A stretch of DNA of 64,000 bases, from contig CM075994.1 in assembly GCA_038087875.1 (NCBI GenBank), forward strand, positions 8,620,001-8,684,000, written 5' to 3'. Within the stretch, counting starts at the first letter, position 1. The number at the start of each line of letters is the position of its first letter. The notes under the pieces were generated by a model. That model saw nothing but the letters and a program-made list of their open reading frames with translations. It did not search any database and had not been told where the DNA came from. Made by a program: the position numbers and the translations under genes. Shown here piece by piece: positions 59,304 to 64,000 of the stretch. Source of the stretch: Malacoraja senta (Eukaryota).

Positions 59304-62300
59304 TAGTAAGATTAAATGAGAACTTACCAGTTTGAAGTTTGATCTTTATTTTATGAGGAGTTACGTTGGTGATTACGTGAAGAAGAACCATCAGGGCGCC
59401 TGCGCGTCAATCTTCAAAGCAGCAGTGTGAAATCACAAACAAGAACGAAGTAATATAGTAACCTAATAAAACGAGTAAATTAAGAACTTCCATCTGACCT
59501 TTATAACCATATAACCATAACAGCACGGTTATGAAAGAGGGTTGGGCCGTGGTGGGCACGTAATCACCAACGTAACTCCTCATAAAATAAAGATCAAACT
59601 TCAAACTGGTAAGTTCTCGTATAATCTTACTATTTTACTTTGGAGTCACTTGAGTGATTACGTGAAGATTTTAAAGCTTTGTGATTTCATGCCGCAGATA
59701 CAAATCCCGGCTTCTCACTGCATTGATTCACTGAGAACGAGAAATAATCAATAATGCATTAATAATGACATTTGCCTGACAAATGCAGTAATTCATTTAT
59801 TTGAATAATAGAATTAACAGTATCCCCTTTTAACCCAGGGGAATTTATGCAGAACTTAATATAGTATCTGCAAACAGCCCCGTATTGGCAATAGGCCGAT
59901 GGTAAAAGTGTTGAAACACTAACTTATTAGATTAACAGGCTGCTGCGAAAATATGGTCGACGGGACGTCCTTCGCCCTGGCCGCCAATGTTGCTGCTAAA
60001 TCGAATGGGATGTAAAAACATCACTGTTTACACCTGCAGCAACCAAGACTTGTTTTAACCATCTTGAAATAGTCTGAACCGACCGACATTATCTTGTATG
60101 TTTTTTCGTGAATGATAAACAATCTTGTTTTCATATTTCATAAGACCTTTGTAGCCTCAATGTATTACAACAAATATGTCTTAACACATAGACGTGGATC
60201 CATGGAATATGCTAATAAAACACTCTTGAATCATGTCACACCTGACCCTACTTCATTTAAGTAGGTCATAAAATGTAAAACATAACATAATCCTGAGGTA
60301 CTTCCATCCTGTGATTCTGTAACTTTTGTAATGTCTGCACTCTCTGTGCTTGTTACAAGTGCCATAAGCATGACTATCTTCATGCTGAATTTGGCCAAAT
60401 CAGAATCGTACCAAGAGTCAATTGATGAAGTAACGTAAAACCACTCTATTTTACAGATAGCCATACCTAGGTTTAGAAGATCTGGAATTAAAATTCCTTT
60501 CATTAATCTGGAAATGAAAGAATGAGACTCAACAGGATGTCTTTCCGACCCCATCAATAAAAAACAAGGACAATGTACTTCTGGCTGAATAAATCACACT
60601 ATATCTCAACCCCTCAAATAGAGTGCTGAGAAACCTAAGACATTTGAGATGTGCGGTACAACATTCCATATTCTTTTGTACACAAAAAATTTTCCCCATT
60701 CTTTACATAATGGGAAAGCAGCATTTACAGAGTCACAACCTCAGATTCGCAAATGTACTGCTTTTGACGCCAGACTGCTGTAAGCATGTCCACAGTATGC
60801 CCAGACAATCCTCTTTTTTAAAAACCTGCAAATTAACAGATCCATACATGCATATAACGGATATTACTCTCCAATTATCAGATACACCAGTAAATCCCTT
60901 CTTTTGGGAACCTTTATCAGAAACTGTGTCATTAATTCCAATATCAAAGGGAACCATGGCTGCGTAGACCAGTCCGGTACCACCAGTACCCCAGAGGCAG
61001 CATCCTGCTTCATTTTAAGTAGACACCAGTTTATGACACAGAATGATGGAAAATGCATATAAAAACATACCACCCTAATGTAGCGAGAAAACATCAATCG
61101 CTACTGTCTCTCGATGTAGTCCCCGTAACACATATCTCTGTAACTGGTGATTTGAGTCTGGATGGAAACAAGTCGTATCTGGCTTCCCAAATCTGACTAC
61201 TATATCATTCTTAAGGTTCAACATCCATTCTTTGTTATCATGGAAATTCCCATAACCTGGTGTCTGCTACTATATTGAACCTACCTGGTAGATAAATAGC
61301 TGAAACCAAATATTTGTCAACACACCAAGTCCAGATTTGATTAGCCAATTTGTCATATGACACCAACTTAATTCCACCCATACAATTAATACATGCCATT
61401 GCTGTAGTGTTGTTAATTAGAAGCTGAACATGCAGATTCGTTTTATTAACAAGCTTGGAGCTCATAAGCCAATAGCTGTAAAACATCGATTCTCCATGTC
61501 TGCAAAAATAATGCCTCTTCCATATTCCATCTGTCCACAGATGGTTACCTTTTTCAGTGGCACCAATCCTAGTGCACTGACATCAGTCTGTAAGACCATG
61601 GAAGGCTGTTCAATCAGTATCTTGCTTGAACTAATGGAGACATGTTAAATCCACCACTGCAATCAGAAGCTGCATTTGTTGTTTAACTGCATGGCCTATC
61701 AAAAATGGCCTCCATGCATCTTAGTGCCTTTTCTTTTTGCAGTCTGTAGCTGCTGGTAGTACAATGGCCCATATTGTATTGCTGGAAATAACACTAATTT
61801 TCCTAGCAAGCTGGCCACCTGTCTTAATTGAAGATTGTTGCTTTTCCAACAGCTTAATGCAACCATCAATCAGCTCTACCATTTACCCTGGGTAAATCAA
61901 TTGTGAAATTAAAATAATCAATTGTTGTAAGTGGCGTTAACCTTAATTTCTCACTGGATGAATTAAACCCAAACTTTCAAAAGTGGATTGAACAATTGAG
62001 AGAGATAACTCACTGATTCTCTTGTTCGTCCTAATTAGGACGTCATCCAGTTAAGCCATCAACATCTGTCCTTGGACTCTAATTAGCCCCAAAATTGGTT
62101 TTACCAATTTAGTGAAATTCTAGGAACTGAAGTTAACCCATTACAGAACTTTGAATTGCCATAATTGTTCATTCAGATAAATTTCAAATATTGTTATCTT
62201 ACAAATGAACAGACACTAAGTAATATACATCTTTCAGATCTATAGGTACCATATAACATATTTTGAAATAAGTTGTTTGGCAGTCTCAAAGTCTCCATTT

Positions 62301-64000
62301 TGAAGTGTCTATACTTCACAAAATTTTAAAGACTTGTCAGATCTAAAATACTCCTCACCTTTTTAGGTCGAGAAAATGTAAACACAATTTGGTGGTTTTG
62401 ATAAACCAACCTTTCAATTACTTGTTTATAGGCAAGTTTTCAATTCAGCTTGAACCTCCATCACTTCTTTTTGTGAAATTGGAGTGTTCTGCTTGGAACA
62501 TGCTGGATGGCAAATCACTATTTGGATCGAATCAATTCGAAACCTTTGAATAATACTCAGAATAATAAATCTGAAGTAATTTGCTTCCAATATTTGGCTG
62601 TTTTTACCTTAATATGTTCCCATGAGAACCAGGTCCACCTACCTCCTTTGACACCTGAGTGACCTGTGGTCCCTGGCTCCTGGCAGGAAAAACCCACGCT
62701 TTTTTGTTTTCCCGCTGCAGGACACCAACTGCGCCCCTGCTTCAATGGTCGATTTGTTCCTGGTGTAGGCCCAGGATTTTGTATGATGTCTGAAAGGATA
62801 CCTCCTCTTCACAGACTTGCCGACCATTGATGTTTTGATCAACCTTGCTGTTTTTGCCTCATCATCCAACTCTTTCCCACGTTTCGTGAGTTTTTTTTCT
62901 CTGAAGAGTAAGTTGAATGACTGCACATTGCTGGGCTTTACAGAGTTGCTGCAACTTGAGGCTGATGGTGGACCGAATGGCATACTTCCCGAAACAATTC
63001 ATCTCGAAGTGGGCGCTACATAGCAACCCTAGTGCCACTTGATGCATCTCCATCCCTGGCCTCCATCCATTTCTTTTGCAAAATTGCAGTTGTCCATCAA
63101 CCCAGCAGCTTCAATATTCTCTGCAGTTTACTTTTCTTAGGCTCACATGCCCTCGCCCATCTGACCCCTTATATCTTGGTTCACTGCTAGTACTTTCAGC
63201 AATACGCAGTTCCTTGGGGTCTCGTGCTTTTTTTGGCATTTTCATCCATCGTAAGCTACTAGAGCTGATGGAAGACACAATAGTTGATCGTAGAGGCCAC
63301 TTCCTTTCCCAGTGGCTCTCCTGACTCTGACAGGGCAGCGAATCGTACTGCCAGAAATAGACCATTTGGCAGCTGCCGTCTTCGCTTGCTTTGGAAAACT
63401 CTGCTGACCCTGTGCACGCGCCTCATCAATGAGGGTGCTCTCAAACAGCCCTTTGCTAGGTGCTGCTGACCTGGCTTCTGGAGCCTGGCTTTGGCTACAC
63501 TCTCCCTGAGTGTGCTTTTCTCCAGTAACCTGTGTAACAGGCTTTCCATCTGAGCAATCCGCTCAAAAGTGGTATCCAGCCCTGGAGTCGCATCCTCCTG
63601 ATCGGACTCCTCCTCCGTGGGCCTCATGGACTTGAACTTAGCCTTGCGCCCCACTGGCGCTGACTGTATTCTTTTAAGACCCAAGTCCATAGTCGCTACG
63701 CTCCCAGCCGGCGACCGTACAGGGGTCTGAGGCAGCTGTTCACCGACCGCAATCTCGCGACTTTCCACCGGCTTTGTCGCTTGCCTCTTCCCCTTGCCCA
63801 TTTTTTCCATGGAACCTGTGGAAAAAATCCCCAACAGACCCACAGCAAACGGACCCGGAAACTATTGAAAAAGTTTTTACTTACCTTGTAGTTCACAACT
63901 ACATTTCCACTAGAGGAGCGCTGCTCCTCACATCCGTTCACGCCAATGCGTCTGACGTAATGACGCGCAGGCGCCCTGACGGGTCTTCTTCACGTAGTCA
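59304..64000 (-). mobile_element. DIRS1-type element, decayed, nearly full length (left terminus just beyond the window)
   Basis: Right terminus at 59304, internal complementary region at about 59557-59668, left inverted repeat at about 63960-64000; gag-like ORF 63259-63843; RNase H (NNTTAMACINCMGG) and methyltransferase-like (VVPDWSTQPWFP) remnants. Confidence 0.88.

Overview
Vertebrate genomic DNA, most likely a cartilaginous fish such as a skate or ray (inferred from the repeat content: HER1/CR1-type LINEs, HE1/V-SINE-type SINEs, Neptune-like Penelope elements). The only host gene is a minus-strand complement C4 gene that runs off both ends of the window. Thirteen GT-AG exons are visible between 57148 and 10135, equivalent to human C4 exons 20-23 and 26-35 (exon numbers by analogy to human C4, from memory). 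They include the catalytic-His segment (DQPMWHKD) and the alpha-gamma processing site (RSRRTKR). The thioester (GCGEQ-type) exon and the exon after it are not visible; splice phases require them, and they most likely lie in the 200-N gap at 35659-35858. The introns are almost entirely transposon-derived: a 5.0-kb non-autonomous endogenous retrovirus with near-identical LTRs lying antisense to C4; a four-level nest (CR1 > DIRS > Crack-like LINE > DIRS); a third DIRS inside a Tc1 element; Harbinger-type MITEs that hit the same SINE position independently; and many Penelope-derived minimal hammerhead ribozyme motifs. I found no clearly new biological system; the most notable items are mobile-element observations.
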